From a virus (Duplodnaviria > Caudoviricetes), in the IMG/VR virus record IMGVR_UViG_3300048881_000698, positions 121,279 to 185,278 of that record: 64,000 nt of DNA, one strand, 5' to 3'. Both the position numbers and the translations under genes were made by a program. This document shows, piece after piece, positions 10,187 through 19,937 of this stretch; the stretch's first letter is position 1, and every line of letters begins with the position of its first letter. Below the pieces are notes generated by a model, which searched no databases, was not told the DNA's origin, and worked only from the letters and a program-made list of their open reading frames with translations.

Positions 10187-10573
10187 TTATTCTATGTTTA
10201 TATCTAATAAATCTGATTGGTTAAGAGGTAAAATTCTATACTGAATAGTTAATCTTAGTGAATTTGGAGAAATATCTGGACCAAATTCTGGGCCAATAAA
10301 AAAAAGATCTTCTATAACTACATGAGGTATGTAAATTTTCACTTGTTGATAAATTTTAGATATTATGTTTTCTCTAGCTTGAGGCACGTCTTGTTCAAAA
10401 AGAAGAGACGCAGCGCCAATACCAAAAGCGGGATCCATAATTTTTTCGCCAGGATTTGTAAGAATTAGATTTTTAAAGTTTTGTTTTGTAACTTCTAAAA
10501 AAGTTTTATTTAATGCATAATGGCCGTCTTCATCACTTGTGTGTAGTGGTAATTTCACTGATATTCCTGACAT
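10187..10573 (-). CDS. gp25-like baseplate/sheath-initiator protein
   Basis: KQNFKNLILTNPGEKIMDPAFGIG..LLFEQ is the GPW/gp25 signature; 128 aa. Confidence 0.9.
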   Translation of the reverse strand: MSGISVKLPLHTSDEDGHYALNKTFLEVTKQNFKNLILTNPGEKIMDPAFGIGAASLLFEQDVPQARENIISKIYQQVKIYIPHVVIEDLFFIGPEFGPDISPNSLRLTIQYRILPLNQSDLLDINIE

Positions 10574-10601
10574 TCATTTTTATCCTTCTGTGTGTTCTTC
10601 A

Positions 10602-13600
10602 TTAATATTTTTCATCTAAAGCGCTATTTTCATCTCCAGAAAGATTGTTTAGAGCATTTTCTGCTATAGCCAATGACGTATTTGAAGAAGCTTGAAACAT
10701 TTTTTCAAATTTTTCTGGATCTGAAAATATTGATTTAAAAATCAGCATATTATAAATAGTCCCAATGGCCAACATTCTTTTTGTTGGAAATATGTATTCA
10801 AACAATAGTTTAAATTCTGGCTTTTGTCTCAATTTCATATATAGATCCTTATAGGTTGCATGCCCAAATATTGGGTCATTAGTATCGTTTTCAGCTGGAT
10901 AAGCATGGCGCAAATCTAAAAACGATACTAGTAGGGGATGAAGATTCGATATTTGGTGCATGCTCATCTCCTCCTCTATAAGAGGAAGAACAAAAATTTC
11001 CTTCTGGACTCTCAAAGTCGTATAGCGCTGAAAAAGTCCCTGGTGTCCCGGAACATCGTAATCATATCTGTGGCTAAAGATATAGTCATCAACTGTCATT
11101 AGTCCCTCGGCGTCCTTAGGATCTTTCGCATTAATAGCTTCCGCTAGCGAAATTGCTTCTTGCTCTCCATTGAACAGGCCAGCGCCACCTTTAGTTTTAT
11201 CACCGTGATACAGTTTATTTTGTGGCAAGCTCCATACTGGATCTAGAATAAGATTCTCATTTGTATCGCCCGGGATCACATTGGTTCCTTCAAATTCTGT
11301 TAAGTGGAGAGCGCACATAGCGGCTTTAGCGTTAGAGAGATGTTTCTGATTGGCGTTGCGAACCGCTTTGTTTGCGTGGGCGCCGTACTCCTTCCACTGC
11401 CCGGAAGATAATTGTTCTTCGCCGAATGTTGTCGGTGAAAACATATTTCTTAAAATATGACGATAAGAGTGCCATTTATCCTCATTAATCGGTAGCACAT
11501 ATGATACTCTTAATCCAAATTTAATATCCTTGACGAAATGTTTAAAGGTGAGAGCGGTTAGTACTCGTCTTACCTCTGCTACGGTGATCTGGGAATCGCT
11601 GGTTTGAGTCGGCATTGCTCTAAGAAGATATTTTTGCAGCCTTGCAAAGGCATCGAAAGAAAGAATATTATACTCGCTAGCCGGTAAAACCAAGCCCGGG
11701 GCGAGTTCGGTGATGCGGAGACCCTTAGAATATGGCTTTTTTCCTAGTGGTACATTGAATTTTTTTAACGAAAATCGATCAGCATATACCTTATACTTAG
11801 CCCACTCCGATGCGAGAGATGTTGTGGTTGGCTGTAGGGGTACTCCTTCGCCAACCTTGAATTCAAAATCTGGGGTGTCGCTAGCTAGTGATATTGAGAT
11901 CCAGTCTATCCATTGGTCGAAAGTGTTTGCAAAGCCCTGGATTTCGTCACCATAAAGAGCACGTGTAATATTCTCTATCCCCAGCTTCAAGCTCGGGTTA
12001 GCAGCGTTTTGAGAAATGTAAAGAAGCTCGGCGCGTGTTTTAAATTTAATTTTGACATATTTTTCTAGTACAAACCCTCCGGAGCCGCGGAGTTTTTTAT
12101 TTTGATCATCCCTTGAAAATCGCGGTTGGCATAACACTGTTTCTCTAACGCTAGTGTTCTTTACCTTTGGGTTTGATCCGTTGATGGTGTCTCTTCTTAT
12201 CCCAACTACATCTGCCACGTCAAGGATATCCCATCGCTCCTCATCGGCTCCATAAACTCCCAAAGGAAACGCTTGCGCCGGTGGGCCAATTATTTCTCCA
12301 ATGCGAGGACCCGGAACAAATGGAACTTCCATTGCCCATGCTTTTGGATGGTTATTCTGTTCGAGTTTATTCTTGACTGTGCCGACGGCATTGAATACGT
12401 TTCTCCATTGAGGCGACAAATTTTCGGGATTGGTCTGAAGAGCAAAGTGTTTTGGGTTGTCAATCTGTTCCACAGGATCGCCGACCGGTGGCTCTTTCCC
12501 ATCGATTCTGTCCTTCGCGCCGTCGTTGTGTTGGCCGTCGATCCATGGATCATTATTCCAATGGTCAAGGGAGCCGACATGTGACAGGTGACCTCGAAAG
12601 AAAGGTGTGAAAGTGTGAAAATATAATGGACCAAAGGACGCGCCTTGACCAGGATTTTGCACAGCCAAAACATACAAATCATCAACAACAATTTTTCCAT
12701 TCATTTCATCGACATGTCCGTGGCCAAAGCGACACTTTCGGCTATTTTTCCCGGGGTACGTTTCCGGGTGCCAGGAGGGATTTTCGGTATGGCCCATCTG
12801 TATAGGTGAGCTATTGGAGGTTTCTTCGCGGGTGGCGAGGGCGCCCCACGCGCCATAACTTTGAATCGGCATTGTGACTTGAAGCTTGTCGACATAAGGG
12901 CCGTCAGCAATAGCATCTGGGTGGGTTTCGGGGTGGGCCACACCAGGATATCTATCGTATATGTGTAAATATCCATGAGCTTTATGGTAATCCGCATCTG
13001 GTGAGGCGGAATAGCTTAAGTTTTCGTGACTGCCTTCATGAGGGGGGCCTAAATGAAATTCATATGTTTCATGAAAATTTAAACCATACAAAAACACTCT
13101 AGCGTTATGGTGTAATTTTTCACCGTTTATCACAAACGTGAAATACGTAGCCGTGTGGACATCTACCTCGCTGTGTCCGCGGGTCGGAACCCTTAATCTG
13201 ATAATAGGGTGTGATGCGCCTTTATTACCCAGTGGGTGGCTACTCCATGTTCCACTGTCCGGGTAAGGAGCGCTCGCGTCTGAGGCTTCGCGACCGCCTG
13301 GGGGGATCCAATCGGTGAAGCCGGCGAAGGCGCCCTCGTAGCCATATGTGCTGGAGGTACCGGAGAGCCCCTCGTAGACCCAATTTGTTCCAGGGGGAAG
13401 CGTAACTTCAGACGGCACCTCAATCAACATTCCATCGATGCCATATCGATTATCTTTAATGACCGGTTCATAGAAACCTTTATTGGTGACGATCACTGAT
13501 TCAGTCCCTTGATTGAGATGCTCCATTCTCGACTGCTGTTTTACAATAAAGTGTTGTTGCATAAGTGTAGAATTATTCCTTCCCCATGGATTCCATTTGG

Positions 13601-16600
13601 AAGAAGCATTTTGCCAAGTGGAATCACTGCCCGGGGCGACATATGTATTGTCTTTCCATCGAAGATCTGCGTTTTTCGTAGTAATAGAATTAACAACCGC
13701 TGTTTCTACAGCCTTTAATTCCAATTCATGATTGTGAAAATCATCTGTATCAACTCCGTTCTCTAATACTATCCATTTTTCTATCGGATGTTTGTGGCCA
13801 TCACCGCCCTCTTCAGGTTCCGCTATCCCATTTCCTTGTGTGTCGATCACATATTTGTGAGAATGGCTGTCGTTTGTGGTGGTGTTTCCTGCAGACTTAA
13901 TCATACTCACATCTTGCGCGGAAGTTCCGGCGGCGGCGGCACGAAGAGCCATATCGATTTGTTCATCAATATCGCTTTGTCTAAGGCCAGTCGCAGCCAA
14001 AGAAACGCCAATTGGTTCCTGAAGGGCGGCCGCGGCTGCAAAAGCAAGCTTGGTAAAATATTCTTCGGGGGTTGAAGCTTGTATCGTTGAAATGCCGGCC
14101 TTACTTGTATAAAGTTGTTCTTTTACTGCGTCGTCAATTTCTGAATCTGTAAGTACTTTCAATGGAGGAGAAGAAGACGGACCTTGACTTTTTAATTTGT
14201 TTCTTAACCTTTCCTCTTCTTCTCGAGCTTTTTCAATATACAACTCATAAAAAGTGCCGCTTTTACCAACAATTTGAAGATTTTTTATCCCACTCACAAG
14301 AACGTCTTTCATAATGGGTCCGCCAAATATATCATCAATTTTAAATTTAGTAAACGCAGGGAGGCCTTTAAGAAATTGTTTTATTAATTCGACCTTCATA
14401 ATACATCTAGTAGCCCCTTCAAAGATTGCTTTGCCTACATAAGTCGGTTCGGAGCCACTAGTAAAATCAGCAAGCCCCATTAAACTCGAAATTCTCTCTT
14501 TTATATCTTTTTTAAGCCCGCCAAGATCTCCTAGGCCATGTTTATTGAAATCTAAATTTTTAAATTGTCTTAAATCCGCCAGATTAAGGAACGGCGATGT
14601 TTCTATGACGCGAAGAATTCTAATTAAAATAGATTCAAAGGCAAGATTATAAATTTGTTGGTACAAAACAGTGTCATAATTTTCCGCAATATTCATTTTT
14701 AGATTGTCAATACCATGCCAGCCGCCGACTGCAGTGGCCGGATCTGTTTTTATTATACTTTTATATACTTTCTCAATTTTCTTTTCTAAGTATATTCCCC
14801 ACGCATTAACTTGTTTTGGTCTCGGAGAAGTGTCTGGGAGAGATAATTCTGATAATAGTTTTTTTATTTTTTCATCTATATCATAACCAACATGATATAG
14901 ATCAACCAGCTTTAAGATCCCTGTATCTCCTTTATAATTCTTCACGCTAAAGTTGAGCCGATCATCTTTATCTTCGGCGCCGGATGTACGAGAATCAAGT
15001 AGCCTATATATCATCTCTATCGTTGAACTTTCTTCAACAGCGATCACACCGGGATCGTAAATCCATCCGGGCTGAGGTGGTACGGCAAGGTGGGCGGCGC
15101 CGGGTGTCCACGCAAGTTTGTGCACTGGAAGCACGAGCTGGTGGGGCCATTTGCTGGATGGACCTTGAAATCCTGGCACCCCTTTAGAGTTCCATATCAT
15201 ATCATTAACAAGCTTGGTTACTAGTTTAGAGAAAGGTTTTATTGGGTTCCCTGCTTCATCCGTAAAAGAATAATTTCCGCCCGGGCCAGTTTGCAGAAAA
15301 GCAACCGTCCTAATAAATTCTGGAATAAAATTAGACACTTCGCGGGATAACATTGTTTGAACGGAGTCAATTGACGTATCCACGGCTAAGTTATTAGATT
15401 TTCTAAGAGCTTTTGATTCAGATATTATAGAATTCATAGCCAGCTCAGATTCTACTTCAGAATCCAGAGGGCTGGGGAGCATTGCGTTCACAGAAGTACT
15501 AATCATATCCTTTTTTATTTGTCTATCAAGTTCTAATTGTGCTTCCACCTCTGCTTCTGTCAACCCTTTAGCCAACAAGGATCTTCTTAAAGCTTCTTGT
15601 CTAGGAGTTATTCCATCTTTACATAAGTCATCTAACTTTAAATCTGATATGAGCGGAGACACCTCACAAGCACTCAAATCTAACATATTTTTTAAATTTC
15701 CAAAAAAAGCTAAAACTTTATAATCAGTATAAAATATTTTATGAAATTCAGAATAATTTATTTTCATAAACTTGCGAACATGAAGTAGTAACATCGGAGC
15801 AGCGGTGCCGTTTATAAGTTCGCACAGCTCTCTAAGAGTCAACGTAGATAACAAGTGTGTTAAAAAGTCCCTTGGGTCTGTAACTAACGCAGGTTGATAT
15901 CTGTTAAACAAATCTTTTAGTTCTTGTTCTTTTCCAGGTAAAGTTGGCGGGGGAGGGGCTCCAAACTCTGGTTCTTCTTCTGCATTACAATCAGCCAACA
16001 TCTCCAAAAGTTTTTTAACTGGCCAACGAATCATCAAATCGAGAAGAGAATAAAGTCTTAATTCTAATTGTTTTACAAGAGGTTGTAAAATATTCCCAAA
16101 AATACTGAGCCAAGGGATATCGAACGTCGGCGGTACTTTACACTGTGGGATTGCCGGAACGGATTTTGAGTGACTGACCTCTCCGGAATCCAAATTAGCA
16201 AGAAAATCTCCCAATGCGAATAGGGCGCCCAATATTAACTCACAAATCAATCTTTTGCCGTCGGCATTGTTGATGTTCGCTTGTATAACCGCTCTATAAA
16301 AAGGATCGTTTGCTCCTTGTGCAATATATTCGGAAAGAAACTTTTGGATGTCGGCCCCCATCCTAGCGGTGTCTACAAATTCAATTCCTTCACGTTCAAA
16401 ATTAAATGTCCCGTTACGCAGTTTTTTAAAAAATTCTTCAATCTTCTCTGGCGAGCCCTCTGGAGTCATCTTCTTCAAAAACCCATCACACAACGCATCA
16501 ATAACATCATTTAAGGTCAAAGAAAAACCCAAACATTTCATTATCTCTTCTGCAAGTTGTGGCAGAGACAGTCTCGCGAGGACATATTTCATTACATCAT

Positions 16601-18929
16601 CTTTACTATTGATTCTATCTACGCTTCGAGGAAGTGAAGCGAATACCGCATCGCCGGCCATATCTGAATATTTTTGATTTGGTCTAGAAACAGCTGTTTT
16701 CATCGCTTTACTTCTGGTCACATCGTTCCACCCGCTAGTTTCATCCCAGGTCAGGTTGGACTCGCCGCCCATGGGGGATTGACCAACGGAATGAAAACGA
16801 TAAAAATTTAGTGCATCAGTTTCATTATCAATTGACATTCTCCTTAACGAAGGGGGATCATAAATATATTTTTTAACAAATAGAGATATTGGTTTTGAGT
16901 CCTTGGGGGCCTTCTTGTTGGGGCTACAAAATCTACTCAAAGCGCCTTTTACACCTGGTTCATTAACAACAATGTCCAAATTAGTTAGAAAATGTAATGT
17001 TCTTTTAGCCATGGCCGGATTTGATTTTACTAAATCTATAAAACCGTTCCACAAAAAAGGAGATTCTTTCTCTGATACCTTTTTTAGATGCTCAAGCGCT
17101 TCGGCGGAGCGCGTCTGAAGTTCAGCTTTGGTGGGGGCCGTCAAGAAATCTTCATCTTCCGTGCTTTTGTATTCTGGTGCGTTTTTCCAATTAGAAAGAG
17201 CAGTTTTATATTGTTTTAAAGCAGTCTGGTATTCTTTGTTTACTCGTTTAAAATATGCAACTCTTCCAAGGCCAGATTCTTTATCCCACTGGGCCGTGGT
17301 ATGATATTCTTCCCATGGGTCGGCGAAATCTCCGTTGGGGTTCATGGTGAGCACGGGCCCGGGTGGGGAGGGCGTCGAAGGTGCAAGTTCTTCAAGAACG
17401 CTAGGTTTAACGGCTGCGTACCAAGAACTGTCGGGGCGGCCAAGTGCTAACCACCCTTTATCGCTAACTATTTTGGAAATCCACGAAGGCGGGATGCGCA
17501 AAATATCATTTACTTGAAGTTCAGGGTTTTTAGCTTTTGCAATGTCTTGATTCAATGCCTTATATTCTGCGTCTTCTTCAATCTCGGTTATGGTTTTACC
17601 TTGTTTTTCCAGACGCTGTTTTATTTCGCGAAGTAAACTTTCTAGACTAGTGATAGTAGAAGAACCCAACCACCCTCTCTCTTCTCTCCATTTCTTTGGA
17701 TCTAAAAATGAATTGTACTCAACTAATTCTTGATATCTGATTTGAGCACCAGTATAAAATAAGGCGATTGACATCACAGTCTCGTGACCGTAGAGCACCA
17801 GATACTTGGAAGTGAAAGCAGCCGGAGCGGCGGCGCCGTCAATATGAGATGTTACTTCTTCGATTGTTGAAAGGAGTGCATCATATGTCTCTGAATATAT
17901 GCCACCTGCAGTCTCTGCTTTTTTTGCTGTTAACGCGTCTTCATCTTCGTCCTCTGACTTTGCAGGGTTCAATTCGGGCTTGACGGGATAAAATCCAATA
18001 ATAATTTTTTCTTTTTCGAGGTTAATATTGTTTAACAGTAAAAATTCTTTTATCTTTATACTAAGATCGTTTAAGCGCTCTGATTCATCTTTTAAGTTTA
18101 ATGTTCCATATTCATCAGCCCTGGCCAGGGCTGGATTTGGCCAATTAGGGCGAAAAATATTCGGTCCATGAAATATTTGCGGACCATTAACAGAATCTTT
18201 AGTTTTATCTCCACTGTTTTTTGATTTTGCTGTCTTGGTTTGTAATTCAACATGCGAGCCTTCATATTCTTCTAACACTAGTGTAAGCTCGGCTAATTGT
18301 GTTCCTAGATCATCATAACTTGCAAATTCTACTTCTTTATATGTGATTGTCGTGTTGCCAGTACTCTCTAGTTTTGACTCCCGGACTGGGTGGAGTTTGG
18401 GGACAAGCTTCTCAAAAATTTCCTTTCTCATTGAAAACTTATAAAGAACAAAGCGTACGTTAGGGCGCGGAGGAAAGAACGGGCCTTCAACATCATAAGC
18501 TCTCTCTCCGATTTTGAACTGGGCTTCAGTGATAGAGGACCCAGGCGATACGAAATCATTGCCGGCGCCGGCGAGGACTGCTCGGGCATAGCTACCGAAG
18601 GTCTGAACTTCTAATGCGTCTCCAGGAGCTTCCGGAGTTGTTGCCCAAGAATCGGTAGAGGGAAACTTCTGCTGGTGTTCATATTCCGCGGGCTCCGCGT
18701 CGCCTTTCCGGATTTGTACTTGTTTGCCATGTTTTTCTAATATGCGACGATAACCCTGTTTAGCAATACTCATAGTATCTTTATATATAAGTTCAGAGCT
18801 TCTCAAATAATCGCTCAACTCAGCTGGAGTCTTCGATAAGTCATATTCGTGTTCTATCACCACTGAATATCTTCCATTTGAATCAACAAATGGTTCATTA
18901 GGTACTTTATTTGTCCAGCCAGCTGCCAT
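10602..18929 (-). CDS. Giant (2775 aa) baseplate-associated protein with an interrupted LysM-like motif and a His-rich segment
   Basis: Long open frame between the gp5-like and gp25-like genes. YLVLYGHETVMSIA...ELVEYN...ELQVNDILRIP; HSH/HKH/HNH cluster. Confidence 0.75.
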   Translation of the reverse strand: MAAGWTNKVPNEPFVDSNGRYSVVIEHEYDLSKTPAELSDYLRSSELIYKDTMSIAKQGYRRILEKHGKQVQIRKGDAEPAEYEHQQKFPSTDSWATTPEAPGDALEVQTFGSYARAVLAGAGNDFVSPGSSITEAQFKIGERAYDVEGPFFPPRPNVRFVLYKFSMRKEIFEKLVPKLHPVRESKLESTGNTTITYKEVEFASYDDLGTQLAELTLVLEEYEGSHVELQTKTAKSKNSGDKTKDSVNGPQIFHGPNIFRPNWPNPALARADEYGTLNLKDESERLNDLSIKIKEFLLLNNINLEKEKIIIGFYPVKPELNPAKSEDEDEDALTAKKAETAGGIYSETYDALLSTIEEVTSHIDGAAAPAAFTSKYLVLYGHETVMSIALFYTGAQIRYQELVEYNSFLDPKKWREERGWLGSSTITSLESLLREIKQRLEKQGKTITEIEEDAEYKALNQDIAKAKNPELQVNDILRIPPSWISKIVSDKGWLALGRPDSSWYAAVKPSVLEELAPSTPSPPGPVLTMNPNGDFADPWEEYHTTAQWDKESGLGRVAYFKRVNKEYQTALKQYKTALSNWKNAPEYKSTEDEDFLTAPTKAELQTRSAEALEHLKKVSEKESPFLWNGFIDLVKSNPAMAKRTLHFLTNLDIVVNEPGVKGALSRFCSPNKKAPKDSKPISLFVKKYIYDPPSLRRMSIDNETDALNFYRFHSVGQSPMGGESNLTWDETSGWNDVTRSKAMKTAVSRPNQKYSDMAGDAVFASLPRSVDRINSKDDVMKYVLARLSLPQLAEEIMKCLGFSLTLNDVIDALCDGFLKKMTPEGSPEKIEEFFKKLRNGTFNFEREGIEFVDTARMGADIQKFLSEYIAQGANDPFYRAVIQANINNADGKRLICELILGALFALGDFLANLDSGEVSHSKSVPAIPQCKVPPTFDIPWLSIFGNILQPLVKQLELRLYSLLDLMIRWPVKKLLEMLADCNAEEEPEFGAPPPPTLPGKEQELKDLFNRYQPALVTDPRDFLTHLLSTLTLRELCELINGTAAPMLLLHVRKFMKINYSEFHKIFYTDYKVLAFFGNLKNMLDLSACEVSPLISDLKLDDLCKDGITPRQEALRRSLLAKGLTEAEVEAQLELDRQIKKDMISTSVNAMLPSPLDSEVESELAMNSIISESKALRKSNNLAVDTSIDSVQTMLSREVSNFIPEFIRTVAFLQTGPGGNYSFTDEAGNPIKPFSKLVTKLVNDMIWNSKGVPGFQGPSSKWPHQLVLPVHKLAWTPGAAHLAVPPQPGWIYDPGVIAVEESSTIEMIYRLLDSRTSGAEDKDDRLNFSVKNYKGDTGILKLVDLYHVGYDIDEKIKKLLSELSLPDTSPRPKQVNAWGIYLEKKIEKVYKSIIKTDPATAVGGWHGIDNLKMNIAENYDTVLYQQIYNLAFESILIRILRVIETSPFLNLADLRQFKNLDFNKHGLGDLGGLKKDIKERISSLMGLADFTSGSEPTYVGKAIFEGATRCIMKVELIKQFLKGLPAFTKFKIDDIFGGPIMKDVLVSGIKNLQIVGKSGTFYELYIEKAREEEERLRNKLKSQGPSSSPPLKVLTDSEIDDAVKEQLYTSKAGISTIQASTPEEYFTKLAFAAAAALQEPIGVSLAATGLRQSDIDEQIDMALRAAAAGTSAQDVSMIKSAGNTTTNDSHSHKYVIDTQGNGIAEPEEGGDGHKHPIEKWIVLENGVDTDDFHNHELELKAVETAVVNSITTKNADLRWKDNTYVAPGSDSTWQNASSKWNPWGRNNSTLMQQHFIVKQQSRMEHLNQGTESVIVTNKGFYEPVIKDNRYGIDGMLIEVPSEVTLPPGTNWVYEGLSGTSSTYGYEGAFAGFTDWIPPGGREASDASAPYPDSGTWSSHPLGNKGASHPIIRLRVPTRGHSEVDVHTATYFTFVINGEKLHHNARVFLYGLNFHETYEFHLGPPHEGSHENLSYSASPDADYHKAHGYLHIYDRYPGVAHPETHPDAIADGPYVDKLQVTMPIQSYGAWGALATREETSNSSPIQMGHTENPSWHPETYPGKNSRKCRFGHGHVDEMNGKIVVDDLYVLAVQNPGQGASFGPLYFHTFTPFFRGHLSHVGSLDHWNNDPWIDGQHNDGAKDRIDGKEPPVGDPVEQIDNPKHFALQTNPENLSPQWRNVFNAVGTVKNKLEQNNHPKAWAMEVPFVPGPRIGEIIGPPAQAFPLGVYGADEERWDILDVADVVGIRRDTINGSNPKVKNTSVRETVLCQPRFSRDDQNKKLRGSGGFVLEKYVKIKFKTRAELLYISQNAANPSLKLGIENITRALYGDEIQGFANTFDQWIDWISISLASDTPDFEFKVGEGVPLQPTTTSLASEWAKYKVYADRFSLKKFNVPLGKKPYSKGLRITELAPGLVLPASEYNILSFDAFARLQKYLLRAMPTQTSDSQITVAEVRRVLTALTFKHFVKDIKFGLRVSYVLPINEDKWHSYRHILRNMFSPTTFGEEQLSSGQWKEYGAHANKAVRNANQKHLSNAKAAMCALHLTEFEGTNVIPGDTNENLILDPVWSLPQNKLYHGDKTKGGAGLFNGEQEAISLAEAINAKDPKDAEGLMTVDDYIFSHRYDYDVPGHQGLFQRYTTLRVQKEIFVLPLIEEEMSMHQISNLHPLLVSFLDLRHAYPAENDTNDPIFGHATYKDLYMKLRQKPEFKLLFEYIFPTKRMLAIGTIYNMLIFKSIFSDPEKFEKMFQASSNTSLAIAENALNNLSGDENSALDEKY

Positions 18930-18941
18930 TTAATTTATCCT

Positions 18942-19886
18942 TTAGTTTGTAAAATTATTTTCACTATTAATGTAAAACTTGCCTAATGGGTCCAAATAGT
19001 TAAATTTGGATATAGGCTGGTTTACTTCTGAAAAAGCCAAATTTGGTTGAGTTCGTGCTGCTATATTAGTAACTATCGCAACTGAACTTACAGCTAATAC
19101 CGGATCCGGTATTGAATAACCTGGGCTAACAGGCGTCGGGGGTACATCTACATGTTGATGAGCAGCAACGCTCGAAGCCAAAGCTGCTACAGAATTAGCA
19201 AGGCCGCATACTAGTCCGGTTAAATCTGCAATTTTATCATATATATCCCCCATGCATTGTACTAAATTGTCACCTTTGACTAAAGGTTGCATGTCTCTGC
19301 TATCATTGCCCGCTATCAAATCAATCCCTATTCTACTTTTTATTTCGCCGCCCTGAGAATTGATATTATCTATTCCTGTAATCAACTTAATTCCTCCATC
19401 TCTGGCCAGCATACGAAGCCCATCTGCTTTTATGGCTATTGCAGAAGCTGGTTTTTCAAAATAATCAGGACTCCCAATAAAACCGGTCGAACAACCAAAA
19501 TTTGCGTCAACATCAGTTTTTTGACTTATGTAAATTCTAGCTGCGTCGACTTTAAGATCTGGATTAACATAGGCATTTGAATTTGGCTTGGCTCCCATTC
19601 TGCCAACAACAATATCTATCGAAGCAGCTTGAGTGTCGCCTCTGCCACCATAGCCACTCATAGTATTGCCCGGGCGATCTCTTCCTAGTATTATAGAAGC
19701 ATTGTTATCATTGCATATTTCTTTCTCAGATTCTGTTTTGATGAAATGTGGCACCGGTTCGAGAAGTTTGGCGCCAAAAGTGCCTTGATTTGTTGTAAGT
19801 CTATTTTCTTCTGAAGTATTTACAAGCGACTTTCTCTCGTCCGGGCTTAAGCCTGATACGTCTCGCGCCATTTTTTTTTCTGCCAT
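18942..19886 (-). CDS. Baseplate central spike-like protein (gp5 C-terminal / gpV-like)
   Basis: Short beta-strand repeats (SIILGRD, RIYISQ, IAIKADGLRMLAR, IKLITG), then PLVKGDNL, a helical region and an HxH motif (AAHQH); baseplate context. Confidence 0.6.
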   Translation of the reverse strand: MAEKKMARDVSGLSPDERKSLVNTSEENRLTTNQGTFGAKLLEPVPHFIKTESEKEICNDNNASIILGRDRPGNTMSGYGGRGDTQAASIDIVVGRMGAKPNSNAYVNPDLKVDAARIYISQKTDVDANFGCSTGFIGSPDYFEKPASAIAIKADGLRMLARDGGIKLITGIDNINSQGGEIKSRIGIDLIAGNDSRDMQPLVKGDNLVQCMGDIYDKIADLTGLVCGLANSVAALASSVAAHQHVDVPPTPVSPGYSIPDPVLAVSSVAIVTNIAARTQPNLAFSEVNQPISKFNYLDPLGKFYINSENNFTN

Positions 19887-19937
19887 AACAATTTCCTCTA
19901 TAGATATTATAAATATTTATATTCTTAAATTTTATGT

